From Gammaproteobacteria bacterium (GTDB lineage Bacteria; Pseudomonadota; Gammaproteobacteria; Arenicellales; JAANXG01), in assembly GCA_024639325.1 (NCBI GenBank), contig JAHEIO010000002.1, forward strand, positions 24,132 to 88,131: a stretch of 64,000 nucleotides of DNA, in the 5' to 3' direction. Below, in pieces: positions 1-9,848 of this stretch (position 1 is its first letter; every line of letters begins with the position of its first letter). The notes beneath the pieces are model-generated. The model was given only the letters and a program-made list of their open reading frames with translations. It did not search any database and was not told the origin of the DNA. A program made the position numbers and the translations under genes.

Positions 1-1
1 C

Positions 2-337
2 GCTGGATGGTACCCACAGCCTTCGGTCATTCCGCAGGTGGATGCCGTGATCCATCATGGCGGCAACAACAGCTTCACGGAGTGCCTTTACTTTGGTAAA
101 CCCGCCATCATCATGCCGTACGTATGGGACGGACATGACAATGCAACCCGCGTTCAGGAAACCGGCCACGGTATCAAGATGGACCGCTATGCTTGGACCG
201 ACGACGACCTCGCCCACAGCATCGGGACAATGCTGACTGACCAGGATATGCAAGCCAGACTCTCTCAGACATCCAGCCATATGCGCGCCCAGGACGGTCC
301 GACCCGTGCCGCCGAGTTGCTGTGCAATTTGTTGTAG
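2..337 (+). CDS. Glycosyltransferase family 1 (MGT/UDP-glycosyltransferase-like), C-terminal fragment; 5' end is outside the window
   Basis: The frame is open from base 2. The translation ...PQVDAVIHHGGNNSFTECLYFGKPAIIMPYVWDGHDNA... matches the GT-B nucleotide-sugar binding signature (HHGG..S/T ... G.P). Confidence 0.7.
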   Translation, partial: AGWYPQPSVIPQVDAVIHHGGNNSFTECLYFGKPAIIMPYVWDGHDNATRVQETGHGIKMDRYAWTDDDLAHSIGTMLTDQDMQARLSQTSSHMRAQDGPTRAAELLCNLL

Positions 338-566
338 TGCCAAGGTGGAACATGTTAAAGATACAATGACAGAAGATGATTACCCTTGGGAGATGGGCAA
401 TTTCGATCGGATCGTCGGGGAAGGCTCGCGCGCTCGTACTGTTTCGCGGACGCAATGCAATCCGCAGAGTAACCCCGGTAGGAAGGGATCGTACGCGTAT
501 GCTGGTGGTGCTGGCCGATAACACGGAGCCGGGCACTTCACTCTCGGAGACGACCAGGATGACCTT

Positions 567-1490
567 TTGCGGATGGTTGGACTGACGACAATGGAAGGTT
601 TCAATCAGTGGACGGTGCCGTGGACGACACCTGAGTTGCCCGAACTGGATGAGATTCGGGCGGGGAATCTCGAACCGCCGGAGTTCCACATCGAGGACGA
701 GCAGATCGAAGCATACCAGCGCGACGGTGTGCTCTATCTCAACGGCGCATTCGAGGGCTGGGTCGAACCCCTGCGTGCAGGCCTTGCCCGGAATCTTTCA
801 GACCCAATGGCTTTCCGCTTCCCCGCGGAGAGTAACGCCGAGGGAGAACCCGGACGTTTTTTCGACAGCTACTGCAACTGGCCGCTGATTCCCGAGTATC
901 GCGATTTCGTGTTCAGATCGCCGGCTGCGTCGCTTGCGGGCAAAGTCATGCAGGGAAGCTACGCGCAATTCTTTCATGAACACGCATTCGTTAAAGAAGC
1001 GGGGACGCAGCGTGCCACGCCGTGGCATCAGGACATTCCCTATTATACGGTTCGCGGCGACCGGAGTGTTTCCATCTATGTTGCGCTGGACGATGTCGAA
1101 GAGGACGTGGCGGTCCGCTTCGTGCGGGGCTCGCACCGCTGGGGCGAGGTCTTCTACCCGAAAATGTGGCTCGATGGCGCCGATTTCAATGTGGGCGAAG
1201 ATGGATACGCTGGCACGGTTCCCGATATCGAGGCGAACCCGGGGAGCTACGATGTGGTTGGCAGGGCGCTGACAGCCGGCGATACGATCCTGTTCAGTTT
1301 CAAGACCCTTCACGGCACCACCGACGGCGTGATGCGTCGCAGAAGGCGTGCATTCTCAACGCGATGGCTGGGCGATGATATGCGCTATCTGGAGCGTGCA
1401 GGCGAATCATCCCCGCCCTTTCCGGATCCGGGAATGTCCACGGGCGACCGAATGCGGGAAGACTGGTTCCCGGTCCTGTGGCGGCACTGA
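567..1490 (+). CDS. Phytanoyl-CoA dioxygenase (PhyH) family Fe(II)/2-oxoglutarate oxygenase
   Basis: 307-aa ORF with ATPWHQDIPYY (HxD iron ligands) and RFVRGSHRWG motifs. The start is uncertain: TTG 567, ATG 573 or ATG 591. Confidence 0.75.
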   Translation: MRMVGLTTMEGFNQWTVPWTTPELPELDEIRAGNLEPPEFHIEDEQIEAYQRDGVLYLNGAFEGWVEPLRAGLARNLSDPMAFRFPAESNAEGEPGRFFDSYCNWPLIPEYRDFVFRSPAASLAGKVMQGSYAQFFHEHAFVKEAGTQRATPWHQDIPYYTVRGDRSVSIYVALDDVEEDVAVRFVRGSHRWGEVFYPKMWLDGADFNVGEDGYAGTVPDIEANPGSYDVVGRALTAGDTILFSFKTLHGTTDGVMRRRRRAFSTRWLGDDMRYLERAGESSPPFPDPGMSTGDRMREDWFPVLWRH

Positions 1491-1565
1491 CCGCAGGGCT
1501 TGAGGCCCGGACCTCGGATTGCGAGGGTATGGGCAGACGATTCGTCCGCAGCGGGAGGGAAAACA

Positions 1566-2597
1566 ATGCTAACCATCTATTCTGATGCCCACAAACTGAG
1601 GGATTCCAGGACCGAATTGTACGGTGGGGAGCTGGTTTACCCGCACGAGCGCCCGACACGCGCTCAATTCATCCTCGACCGCATTTTGAAGACCGGCCTG
1701 GGTGAAGTGAGGGGCCCGAACGAATACGGCACCGTCCCGATCCTGCGGGTGCACGATGCGGGTTTCGTGGCCTTTCTTGAGACGGCGTGGGATGAATGGA
1801 GCAAAACCGGCTACAACGGCGAAGCCATTCCCACGTGCTGGCCGGCGCGGCGGATGGCACTGAAAATACCGCATCACATCGAGGGCAAGCTTGGATACTA
1901 TGCATTGGCTTCGGAAACGTCGATCAGTCCCGGTACGTGGGAGGCCGCGTTGGCGGCCGTCAACGTGGCGTTGACCGGAGCGGAATCGATCGAAGCAGGT
2001 GAGCACGCAGTATTTTCCCTGTGCCGGCCGCCGGGGCATCATGCCGCCATGGACATGTACGGCGGCTATTGTTTCCTGAACAATGCCGCCATCTCGGCAC
2101 AGTACTTCATCGACCGCGGTGCGGCGCGCGTGGCAGTGCTGGACGTTGACTTCCACCATGGTAACGGCAGCCAGGATATCTTTTACCAGCGGGGCGATGT
2201 CGCATATCTTTCCCTTCATGGCGATCCGCTCGATGCATTTCCGCATTTTCTGGGCTACGCGGATGAGACCGGCATGGGCGAAGGAGAGGGCTTCAATTTC
2301 AACTACCCAATGAAACCGGGCACCGGGTATGACCTGTGGGGAAACGCCCTAAACGATGCACTTGAAAACATCCGAAAATTCGGGGCGGAAGTGCTGGTCG
2401 TGTCGCTTGGCGTGGATACCTTCGCGACGGATCCGATCAGTTTCTTCAAGCTCAAATCAGACGACTTCACGACCTATGGCGCCGCCATTGCCAGCCTGGG
2501 TCTGCCTACGCACTTCGTCATGGAAGGTGGCTATGACATCGACGAAATCGGTCTGAACACCGTCAACGTATTGCAGGGATTCGAAAACGGCGGATGA
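1566..2597 (+). CDS. Histone deacetylase-family amidohydrolase (acetylpolyamine/acetoin-utilisation type)
   Basis: Motifs CRPPGHHA, DVDFHHGNGSQDIF and MEGGY are present. ATG 1566 (MLTIYSD...) is preferred over the ORF-track start at 1500, whose first 22 codons are low-complexity. Confidence 0.85.
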   Translation: MLTIYSDAHKLRDSRTELYGGELVYPHERPTRAQFILDRILKTGLGEVRGPNEYGTVPILRVHDAGFVAFLETAWDEWSKTGYNGEAIPTCWPARRMALKIPHHIEGKLGYYALASETSISPGTWEAALAAVNVALTGAESIEAGEHAVFSLCRPPGHHAAMDMYGGYCFLNNAAISAQYFIDRGAARVAVLDVDFHHGNGSQDIFYQRGDVAYLSLHGDPLDAFPHFLGYADETGMGEGEGFNFNYPMKPGTGYDLWGNALNDALENIRKFGAEVLVVSLGVDTFATDPISFFKLKSDDFTTYGAAIASLGLPTHFVMEGGYDIDEIGLNTVNVLQGFENGG

Positions 2598-2649
2598 TCG
2601 GCGTGATATAAAACAATACCACCGGTCTCGTGCAACATGCTAATTAAAT

Positions 2650-2674
2650 AGGGGCTAGCCGATACCAAGCCCCT
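2650..2674. terminator. Candidate bidirectional hairpin between convergent genes
   Basis: AGGGGCT (2650-2656) pairs with AGCCCCT (2668-2674) as a 7-bp stem. It lies between the stop at 2597 (+) and the stop at 2770 (-). There is no clear U-tract. Confidence 0.3.
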
Positions 2675-2769
2675 CTTCCAAGCTCGTCCGCATCAGTTCC
2701 GTTGGCGAGAGTTCCCGTTCTCTTATCAAACGCGCCAGTCCGCGTGCCGGACAATAAATCAGTTCCGTG

Positions 2770-3654
2770 TCAAACATTCTTTTGCAACGAATCGATCAAT
2801 TCGGGAACCGGACTGTCACCCAGGCCCTGCGCCATTGCCTGATCGAACACCCGGTGGATGGCATTGGCGGCGACTGCAGGTACGCCGAGATGCGCGGCGA
2901 GACTGCGATAATAACCGGTGTCCTTGGCGCTGTTGGAGATTGAAAATCTAAAGCCTGCCGCGTCGCCGTCTCGGACAAACGGGCTGATCCGCTTCAGGGC
3001 CGTGCTGTCCCCGCCGCCGGTTGTCAACACCTCGATAAAGGTTTCGATATCCACGCAGCTTTTTCTGGCGGTGACCACGGCCTCCGCCAGCAGTACGCAG
3101 TTTCCGAGCGAGATGAAGTTGTGCAGCAACTTGAGCGTCGCCCCCGCTCCAGTCGGCCCCGCGTGATAGATGTTCTCGGAAAACGTTTCAAGTATCGGGC
3201 GCACGCGTTCAAGCAAGGCGGCGTCTCCACCAACCATCACGTTTGCCTGTCCGAGTTCAGCTTCCCTGGGCGTGCGTGTGAGAGGCGCGTCGACAAACAG
3301 CGCCCCTGTCTCATGCAATTGCGCGGCGACCGCCTTGCTGACGTGGGGCTCTACCGTCGAGCAGTCGATGACTATGGCCCCCGGCTCCAGGTCCCGCAGC
3401 AGTCCCTCGCCGCCCAACAGGATTTCCTCGACCTGGGCCGAGCCGGTCACACACATGACGATCACGTCGCTGTGCCTGGCAATAGTGGCGATGGAAGCGC
3501 TGGAGTTCGCACCCAGATCATAAAGATCTTGGACGGGCTGATTGCCGGGGTGTTCCAGGAACAGCAGAGGGTATCCGGCGCGGGCGATATTCTTTGCCAG
3601 CCCGTGTCCCATAACTCCAACGCCAATGAATCCAACATTATCTATTTCTTTCAT
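2770..3654 (-). CDS. NAD(P)-dependent 3-hydroxyisobutyrate / tartronate-semialdehyde reductase family dehydrogenase
   Basis: N-terminal Rossmann motif GFIGVGVMGHGLAKNI and overall beta-hydroxyacid dehydrogenase layout. A GGAGG Shine-Dalgarno site sits about 6 nt upstream of ATG 3654, so the second Met of the ORF was chosen. Confidence 0.8.
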   Translation of the reverse strand: MKEIDNVGFIGVGVMGHGLAKNIARAGYPLLFLEHPGNQPVQDLYDLGANSSASIATIARHSDVIVMCVTGSAQVEEILLGGEGLLRDLEPGAIVIDCSTVEPHVSKAVAAQLHETGALFVDAPLTRTPREAELGQANVMVGGDAALLERVRPILETFSENIYHAGPTGAGATLKLLHNFISLGNCVLLAEAVVTARKSCVDIETFIEVLTTGGGDSTALKRISPFVRDGDAAGFRFSISNSAKDTGYYRSLAAHLGVPAVAANAIHRVFDQAMAQGLGDSPVPELIDSLQKNV

Positions 3655-3813
3655 CTCAGCCTCCATAGTTTGCGCACCTGTTTTCGATACACGGCTTTCG
3701 CAAGAACCACTGGCAAGTCAATACTATCTCTATCCGTGTCATTGGCAAACAAAATGGTGTGCAATCCCCAGTTTTGATATTGTATTCGAGACAACCCAAT
3801 CGGGGCGCCTTCT

Positions 3814-5460
3814 ATGACGGATCCGTTCAAATCGGCAAGTGCCTACGACTACCCGTTGCTTATCAAGCATCTCCTGCATACACCGCTGGCAAATTATCCT
3901 GATAGGGAGATTGTGTACTCGAACCAGGGACGCTACGGCTATCGAATGTTTGGAGAACGGATTGCCCGTCTCGCCAATGTTTTGAAGGAACTGGGTGTCG
4001 GTCCCGGCGACACAGTGGCCGTAATGGACTGGGACAGTAATCGTTATCTCGAATGTTTCTTTGCGGTACCTATGATCGGGGCCGTGCTTCACACCGTAAA
4101 TGTAAGGCTCGCACCCGAGCAGATTCTTTACACGATCAATCACGCCGAAGACGATGTCCTGCTGGTTCACTCGGACTTTTCCACCATCGTTGATTCAATC
4201 GCCGATAGGTTCGAAAGGCCCGTCAAACTTGTCGAAATAGCGGATCGAGGTCAGTCTAGCTCGAATTTGGATTCAGCCGGCGAATTCGAACGGCTAATGG
4301 ACGGGGTCGGTGCGGTATATGATTTTCCGGATTTTGACGAGCACACCCGGGCAACCACGTTCTACACGACGGGTACCACAGGAGAGCCCAAAGGCGTCTA
4401 CTACAGCCACAGGCAGCTCGTACTGCATACGCTGGGCGTGGTCGCCGGCATGGCGCCCGCGGTTGATCAGGGGTGGTTCAGGCGCGATGATGTCTATATG
4501 CCCATCACTCCCATGTTTCACGTCCACGGCTGGGGTGTGCCTTACGTTGCGACGTTGATGGGCGTTAAACAGGTATATCCCGGGCGCTACGTTCCGCACA
4601 AGCTGCTTGAGTTGATCGACCGTGAGAAGGTGACGTTTTCTCACTGCGTGCCGACCATCCTTCACATGTTGTTGAACGAGCCTTTGGCAAAGGAGATCGA
4701 TCTTTCCAAATGGCGGGTAATCATTGGAGGCGCCGCGTTGCCCCGCGGACTGGCTGCCGCGGCGTTGGACCGGGGGATCGACGTGTTCAGCGCCTATGGT
4801 ATGTCGGAAACCTGTCCGTTTATTTGTTCGGCCCAGCTGGAAGCGGAGGTCATGGCACGAGATCGTGATGAGCAGCTTGACTATCGCTGCAAGACCGGCC
4901 GCGCAGCACCGTTGGTCCAGATGCGAATCGTTGATGGGAGTATGAACGATGTGCCCCATGACGGTAAAACTACCGGCGAAGTGGTTGTGCGTACACCCTG
5001 GCTGACCCAGGGTTACTTAAAGGATCCGGAAAAATCGGACGAGTTGTGGCGCGGTGGTTACCTGCACACCGGCGATATCGGAAACATGGACGGCGACGGC
5101 TATCTGAAGATTACCGATCGTGTCAAGGACGTCATCAAATCCGGCGGTGAATGGATATCGTCACTCATGCTCGAGGACATCGTATCGAGTCATCAAGCGG
5201 TCGGCGAGGTTGCGGCCATAGGATTCCCGGACGAAAAATGGGGTGAGCGGCCCATGCTCATCATAGTTCTGACTGAAGATGCCGGCAAAGGTGTGGACGC
5301 GGAATCTATCAGGCAACACGTCTCGGGATTCGTCGAGTCCGGTGCTGTTTCCAAATGGGCGATTCCGGAGCGAATAGTGTTCGTGGATTCGATCGCCAAG
5401 ACCAGTGTCGGAAAAATTGACAAGAAACTTCTGCGCCAGCGCTTCGTGCGGACTAATTAG
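3814..5460 (+). CDS. AMP-dependent acyl-CoA synthetase (medium/long-chain fatty-acid--CoA ligase type)
   Basis: 548 aa with the AMP-binding motif FYTTGTTGEPKGV and the later motifs YGMSE, GDIG..DGYLKITDRVKDVIKSGGEWIS. Confidence 0.85.
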   Translation: MTDPFKSASAYDYPLLIKHLLHTPLANYPDREIVYSNQGRYGYRMFGERIARLANVLKELGVGPGDTVAVMDWDSNRYLECFFAVPMIGAVLHTVNVRLAPEQILYTINHAEDDVLLVHSDFSTIVDSIADRFERPVKLVEIADRGQSSSNLDSAGEFERLMDGVGAVYDFPDFDEHTRATTFYTTGTTGEPKGVYYSHRQLVLHTLGVVAGMAPAVDQGWFRRDDVYMPITPMFHVHGWGVPYVATLMGVKQVYPGRYVPHKLLELIDREKVTFSHCVPTILHMLLNEPLAKEIDLSKWRVIIGGAALPRGLAAAALDRGIDVFSAYGMSETCPFICSAQLEAEVMARDRDEQLDYRCKTGRAAPLVQMRIVDGSMNDVPHDGKTTGEVVVRTPWLTQGYLKDPEKSDELWRGGYLHTGDIGNMDGDGYLKITDRVKDVIKSGGEWISSLMLEDIVSSHQAVGEVAAIGFPDEKWGERPMLIIVLTEDAGKGVDAESIRQHVSGFVESGAVSKWAIPERIVFVDSIAKTSVGKIDKKLLRQRFVRTN

Positions 5461-5485
5461 TTCCTGTCCAGAAAAAGCCTGAGTT

Positions 5486-5582
5486 CATTGCGTGCCGAAG
5501 CTGCGAGCGAAGCGTGGCAGGACGCGGCGTCAGAGTTTCTTGTATGATAACCATGCTGGATTGCTTCGCTTCATTCGCAATG
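5486..5582. repeat. Imperfect inverted-repeat (REP/MITE-like) element in an intergenic region
   Basis: CATTGCG..GAAGC..GCGAAGC (5486-5513) can pair with GCTTCGCTTCATTCGCAATG (5563-5582). The + frame reads ...LLRFIRNDE..., resembling small repeat-derived pseudo-ORFs I recall from other proteobacteria. Only one copy is present in this window. Confidence 0.3.
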
Positions 5583-5810
5583 ACGAAATGCTGAATCTGT
5601 CAGAGTTACCCCCAGTTTATTTGGTTTTGACTGAAAAACAGTCTGAATCGGCAACGCATATTCCGGCGTATAGGGTCAGGAGTACCGGGTAGGTAATTCA
5701 CAGCGACACGCGCCGTCGATCGGCTGCGAGGCAGCTGAGCCCGATGCCCAGGAAGCATGCCATCGAGGGGAGGTTCTTGCCGAGTTAGAGGGATCGCACG
5801 TGTATTGGAG

Positions 5811-6284
5811 TTAGAAAACCCCCGCCTCAAGACCCGCCGCCATGGTCATTCCCAGTTCCTCGCACTGGTCGAACCATACATTCTGAAAACTGCCGCGAAA
5901 GATGAGCGGTTCCTGTATCGGTCTCCATTTCAGCCCCGAGATGATTTTTGTCACCGCAATGCGGGTGCCGGTCCCGTCCATCCCGGCACGTATGTACAGC
6001 GCGTAGGGCATTCCTTGTGTTTGCTCCAGGCAGGGGTAGTAGATCCGGTCGAAAAAATCCTTGAGCGCACCGCTCATGTATCCAAAATTTTCAGTGGTCC
6101 CGAGAATGATGCCGTCGGCCTGAAGGACTTCCTTCGGCCCGGAGTCCAGGGGTTTGACATGCTCAACCTCCACATGCTCGATTTCCTCGTTGTGGGCACC
6201 GCGCAAGACGGCGTCGAGCAGTCGCTGGGTGTTTGAAGAGGGCACGTGGGAAACGACGAGCAGTTTTTTCTTTGCAGCGGGCAT
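5811..6284 (-). CDS. Flavodoxin-like fold NAD(P)H-dependent FMN reductase / quinone oxidoreductase family protein
   Basis: 157 aa. KKLLVVSHVPSSNTQRLL near the N-terminus and ADGIILGTTENFGYMSGALKDFFDR are typical of flavodoxin-like reductases. Confidence 0.6.
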   Translation of the reverse strand: MPAAKKKLLVVSHVPSSNTQRLLDAVLRGAHNEEIEHVEVEHVKPLDSGPKEVLQADGIILGTTENFGYMSGALKDFFDRIYYPCLEQTQGMPYALYIRAGMDGTGTRIAVTKIISGLKWRPIQEPLIFRGSFQNVWFDQCEELGMTMAAGLEAGVF

Positions 6285-6375
6285 GGGCGCATTCTACCTC
6301 CCGCTACTGCTTTTTACGTTAGTTGGGGAGTACAATAGCCCAGTCCACGGCTTGTTGCGCTCGAGGAGGAACGCG

Positions 6376-7092
6376 GTGATTATCTATCCCGATATAGAGA
6401 TTCAGGACGGCAGGTGCGTGAACCTGTCCCGGGGCGGAATAGACCAGCCAAATGTTTACGATATCCCCCCCATGGACGCCGCCCGGGATTTCCAGCGGGC
6501 TGGCGCGAAGTGGCTCCACGTGGTCGATATAGACGGTGTATTTCAAGGCGGGCGTCACAACGCGGACCTGATCTGCCGGATTATCGACCAAGCCGACATA
6601 CCGGTACAGGTGGCCGGCGGCATCCGCACCATAGACGCGGTGCACTGGTGGTTCGATCATGGTGCTGGGCGAATCGTTCTTGGCACGGCGGCAGTCAAGG
6701 ACCAGCACCTGGTTGCGGAGGCCTGTGCCCGCTATCCCGGCCGGGTGGTGGTCAGCGTAGATGCCCGCAGCGGTTTTGTCGTGATCGAGGGCTGGAGGAC
6801 CAAGACAGCCTTCACGGCGCTGGAACTGGCCAGGCACTTCGAAGAGACCGGCGTAGCCGCGATCATATTTACGGACATCGATCGCTACGAAAACGTGCCT
6901 GAAAGCAGCTTTGCGGCTACCGCTGAGATGGGCACCGAATTGAGCCTGCCGGTTATTTCCACCGGAACCGTGCATGCGCTGGATGACGTGTCGACGCTCA
7001 AATACCTGCCTAACATCTCGGGCGTAATAATCGGCAGGGCGTTGTTCAATGAGGTCTTCCGCCTGGAGGAGGCAATCGAGATCGCCAGTTAG
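6376..7092 (+). CDS. HisA-family (ProFAR isomerase-like) TIM-barrel protein, divergent stand-alone paralog
   Basis: From GTG 6376 the translation VIIYPDIEIQDGRCVNL...HVVDIDG...IPVQVAGGIRT...RIVLGTAAVK...VVSVDARSG...GW...AIIFTDIDR...IIGRAL aligns along its length with HisA. The upstream part of ORF 6154-7092 overlaps the opposite-strand flavodoxin gene and was discarded. Confidence 0.7.
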   Translation: MIIYPDIEIQDGRCVNLSRGGIDQPNVYDIPPMDAARDFQRAGAKWLHVVDIDGVFQGGRHNADLICRIIDQADIPVQVAGGIRTIDAVHWWFDHGAGRIVLGTAAVKDQHLVAEACARYPGRVVVSVDARSGFVVIEGWRTKTAFTALELARHFEETGVAAIIFTDIDRYENVPESSFAATAEMGTELSLPVISTGTVHALDDVSTLKYLPNISGVIIGRALFNEVFRLEEAIEIAS

Positions 7093-7137
7093 CCCGCATA
7101 TAGCGGCACTTCCGGCGGTTCTGATGTATTGCGTGGG

Positions 7138-7731
7138 TCAGGCTCTGGCGGTTTCCTCGCCGTACCGGGCAGTGTATTCGGAATCCTGAAGAGAGGGAGT
7201 CGAAAATACCTTCCGCAGTATCGGTTCGAAAAACTCAAGCTGTAAAGTATCGTAGTCGGGGTCGAAGCAGTTCTGGTCGTATTGCTCGCAGAATTGCACC
7301 GCGTCATCGAACCATTCGTGCTCCCTGAACATATCACGTGCATTGCGGTCTCCTCCCAGATGGTGAGCGTAGTAGTACATCTGAAACAAACCGTGGTGCT
7401 TGATGATCCAATAGGTCTTTTCAGACACATACGGCCTCAGCACCGCCGCGGCGAGTTCACTGTGGGAGCAGGGCGCCAGATCGTCACCGATATCATGCAG
7501 CAGGGCGGCAACCACCATTTCGTCGCTCTCGTCCGCCCGATAAGCACGGGTTGCCGACTGCAGCGAATGCTCCATCCTGGATACCCGCAAGCCACTCGGA
7601 AGATCGAGACGTTTGAGGGCCGCGATCAATCGATCCGGCAGTTCGGCGATGTATTGTTGTTCCAGCCCCTCGAGGAATTCATACTCTTCCTTTGTACCCT
7701 TGCCCATTTCGGTGAAAGCGACTGTATGCAT
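7138..7731 (-). CDS. HD-domain protein resembling PhnZ-type mixed-valent diiron oxygenases
   Basis: The 198 aa from ATG 7731 contain RMEHSLQSATRAYRADESDEMVVAALLHDIGD, then H..., IIKHHG. This parallels the PhnZ INQLEHSLQ...NEMVLAALLHDLGH layout. The longer ORF up to 8142 overlaps typA and was rejected. Confidence 0.55.
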   Translation of the reverse strand: MHTVAFTEMGKGTKEEYEFLEGLEQQYIAELPDRLIAALKRLDLPSGLRVSRMEHSLQSATRAYRADESDEMVVAALLHDIGDDLAPCSHSELAAAVLRPYVSEKTYWIIKHHGLFQMYYYAHHLGGDRNARDMFREHEWFDDAVQFCEQYDQNCFDPDYDTLQLEFFEPILRKVFSTPSLQDSEYTARYGEETARA

Positions 7732-7911
7732 GCTGCGGCTCCGATGACTTGAGCGCCTTGACTGCGCGTGAGGATGCAAGTTTATCTGAATTTGGCCAAA
7801 CAATAGAACACCAGAATGTGAACCAAAGATGTACATTGTGGAATAAGATCTGATAGATACCCAGGAGTCTGGCAGAATCCGCGCGGCTACTGATTCGGGA
7901 ATACGAACTTT

Positions 7912-9729
7912 ATGACCATCAATTTGCGAAATATCGCGATCATTGCTCATGTAGACCATGGCAAAACCACCCTCGTCGACAAACTGTTGGAACAGTCCGG
8001 CACGCTCGGCAGCCGGAACCGGGTCGAACGAGTGATGGATTCCAACGATCTGGAAAAGGAACGGGGCATTACGATTCTGTCCAAGAACACGGCGATCCAG
8101 TGGTGCGACTACCGGATCAACATAGTCGATACCCCGGGCCACTCGGATTTCGGCGGCGAGGTCGAGAGAATTCTTTCAATGGTGGATTCCGTACTGCTTC
8201 TGGTGGACGCGGTCGAGGGCCCCATGCCGCAGACCCGCTTCGTAACCAAAAAAGCCTTCGAACACGGATTGAGGCCCATCGTCGTAATCAACAAGATCGA
8301 CCGCGACGGGGCAAGACCCTACTGGGTGCTGGATCAGACTTTTGATCTGTTCGATAGGCTGGGCGCAACCGAGCAGCAATTGGACTTTCCGGTGATCTAT
8401 GCGTCTGCCTTACGGGGAATAGCGTCTTTGGATGCGGAAAGCCCCGGGTCGGATCTGACGGCTTTATTCGACGCTATTGTCCGGTATACGCCACCTCCGG
8501 ACGTGAACCTCGAGGGCGGTTTTCAAATGCAGATATCTTCCCTCGACTATTCGACTTACGTGGGTGCAATCGGCATCGGCCGCATTAAACGCGGTGAGAT
8601 AAGCAGCAACACCGCGATCAGTGTAGTCGATCGCAATGGCGTGCAAAGGACCGGCAGGGTATTGCAGATCTTCGGATTCATGGGTCTCGAACGCGTTGAG
8701 GTAGGATCCGCCCGCGCGGGCGACATCGTGGCCGTGACCGGTGTGGAAGGCCTGGATATCTCGGATACGCTGTGCGACGTGGATCAGGTGCAGGCACTGT
8801 CTCCACTCAAGGTCGACTCGCCTACGGTGCGCATGACGTTTCAGGTAAACAACTCGCCGTTCGCCGGAAGGGATGGAAAGTATGTGACCTCGCGCCAGCT
8901 AAAGGATCGACTGTTTCGCGAAACCGTGCACAACGTTGCTCTCGAGGTAAATGAAACGGAAGACAGTGAGAAGTTCGCCGTCGCCGGCCGGGGCGAGCTG
9001 CACCTGTCTATACTTCTCGAGACCATGCGGCGCGAAGGTTACGAGGTTGCCGTATCCCGTCCGGAGGTCATCTATCGTCAGCTGGATGGAGCGAGAGAAG
9101 AACCCTACGAACAGCTCGTGGTGGACGTGGAGGAGACCCACCAGGGCGGAGTCATGGAGGCGCTGGGCATGCGCCGGGGCGAGCTCCGGGACATGCAGCC
9201 GGACGGGCGCGGCAGGGTCAAGCTCGAATACATGATGCCGTCTCGAGGATTGATCGGTTTTCAGTCGGCATTCATGACCCTGACTTCGGGATCGGGGCTG
9301 CTCTACCATGTTTTCGATCACTATGGCCCGGCGTTCGGCGGAGTCATCAATCGCAGACCCAATGGCGTCCTCGTGTCTGCTAAAACCGGTAAAGCCCTGG
9401 CCTACGCACTGTTCAACCTGCAGGAGCGCGGGCGACTGCTCATCGGACCAGGGGACGAGGTCTACGAGGGGCAGGTCATCGGGATCCACAGCCGAGCCAA
9501 CGACCTTACGGTCAACCCGCTGAAAGCCAAACAGCTGACGAACATCCGTGCCGCCGGCAAGGACGACAACGTGCTGCTCAATCCGCCTTTGCGAATGACC
9601 CTGGAGCAGGGACTGGAATTCGTCGAGGACGATGAGCTGATGGAAATCACGCCATCACACATCCGCATCAGGAAGCGCCATCTGAGAGAGTTCGAACGCA
9701 AGCGCGCGACCAGGCAGAAGACCGCTTGA
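7912..9729 (+). CDS. typA: Translational GTPase TypA/BipA
   Basis: 605 aa with [22 protein letters not shown] (G1), DTPGH (G3) and NKID (G4); full-length EF-G-like domain order typical of BipA. Confidence 0.95.
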   Translation: MTINLRNIAIIAHVDHGKTTLVDKLLEQSGTLGSRNRVERVMDSNDLEKERGITILSKNTAIQWCDYRINIVDTPGHSDFGGEVERILSMVDSVLLLVDAVEGPMPQTRFVTKKAFEHGLRPIVVINKIDRDGARPYWVLDQTFDLFDRLGATEQQLDFPVIYASALRGIASLDAESPGSDLTALFDAIVRYTPPPDVNLEGGFQMQISSLDYSTYVGAIGIGRIKRGEISSNTAISVVDRNGVQRTGRVLQIFGFMGLERVEVGSARAGDIVAVTGVEGLDISDTLCDVDQVQALSPLKVDSPTVRMTFQVNNSPFAGRDGKYVTSRQLKDRLFRETVHNVALEVNETEDSEKFAVAGRGELHLSILLETMRREGYEVAVSRPEVIYRQLDGAREEPYEQLVVDVEETHQGGVMEALGMRRGELRDMQPDGRGRVKLEYMMPSRGLIGFQSAFMTLTSGSGLLYHVFDHYGPAFGGVINRRPNGVLVSAKTGKALAYALFNLQERGRLLIGPGDEVYEGQVIGIHSRANDLTVNPLKAKQLTNIRAAGKDDNVLLNPPLRMTLEQGLEFVEDDELMEITPSHIRIRKRHLREFERKRATRQKTA

Positions 9730-9848
9730 AAATGCGGATGACCGAATGGCCAGCACGAACTCGGTGCAATTTCGGTAATTGGGGTTGAACGGGTTTGACA
9801 ATACCGAATAACGCGGGTTGTGATGGCTGCGCGCCCGCGGTAACGTCG

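Noticed and set aside
376-585. Small ORFs (69-71 aa) in the 230-bp gap between the GT1 and PhyH genes
   Set aside because: They overlap each other in different frames, have no Shine-Dalgarno site or recognisable motif, and show an Arg/Gly-rich composition. The evidence is insufficient to call a gene.
6154-6375. N-terminal extension of the HisA-like ORF
   Set aside because: It overlaps the flavodoxin-like gene on the other strand. HisA homology begins at GVG 6376 (VIIYPDIEI...).
7732-8142. N-terminal extension of the HD-domain ORF
   Set aside because: It overlaps the typA start region on the opposite strand and has no homology-like features. The internal ATG 7731 yields a PhnZ-sized protein.
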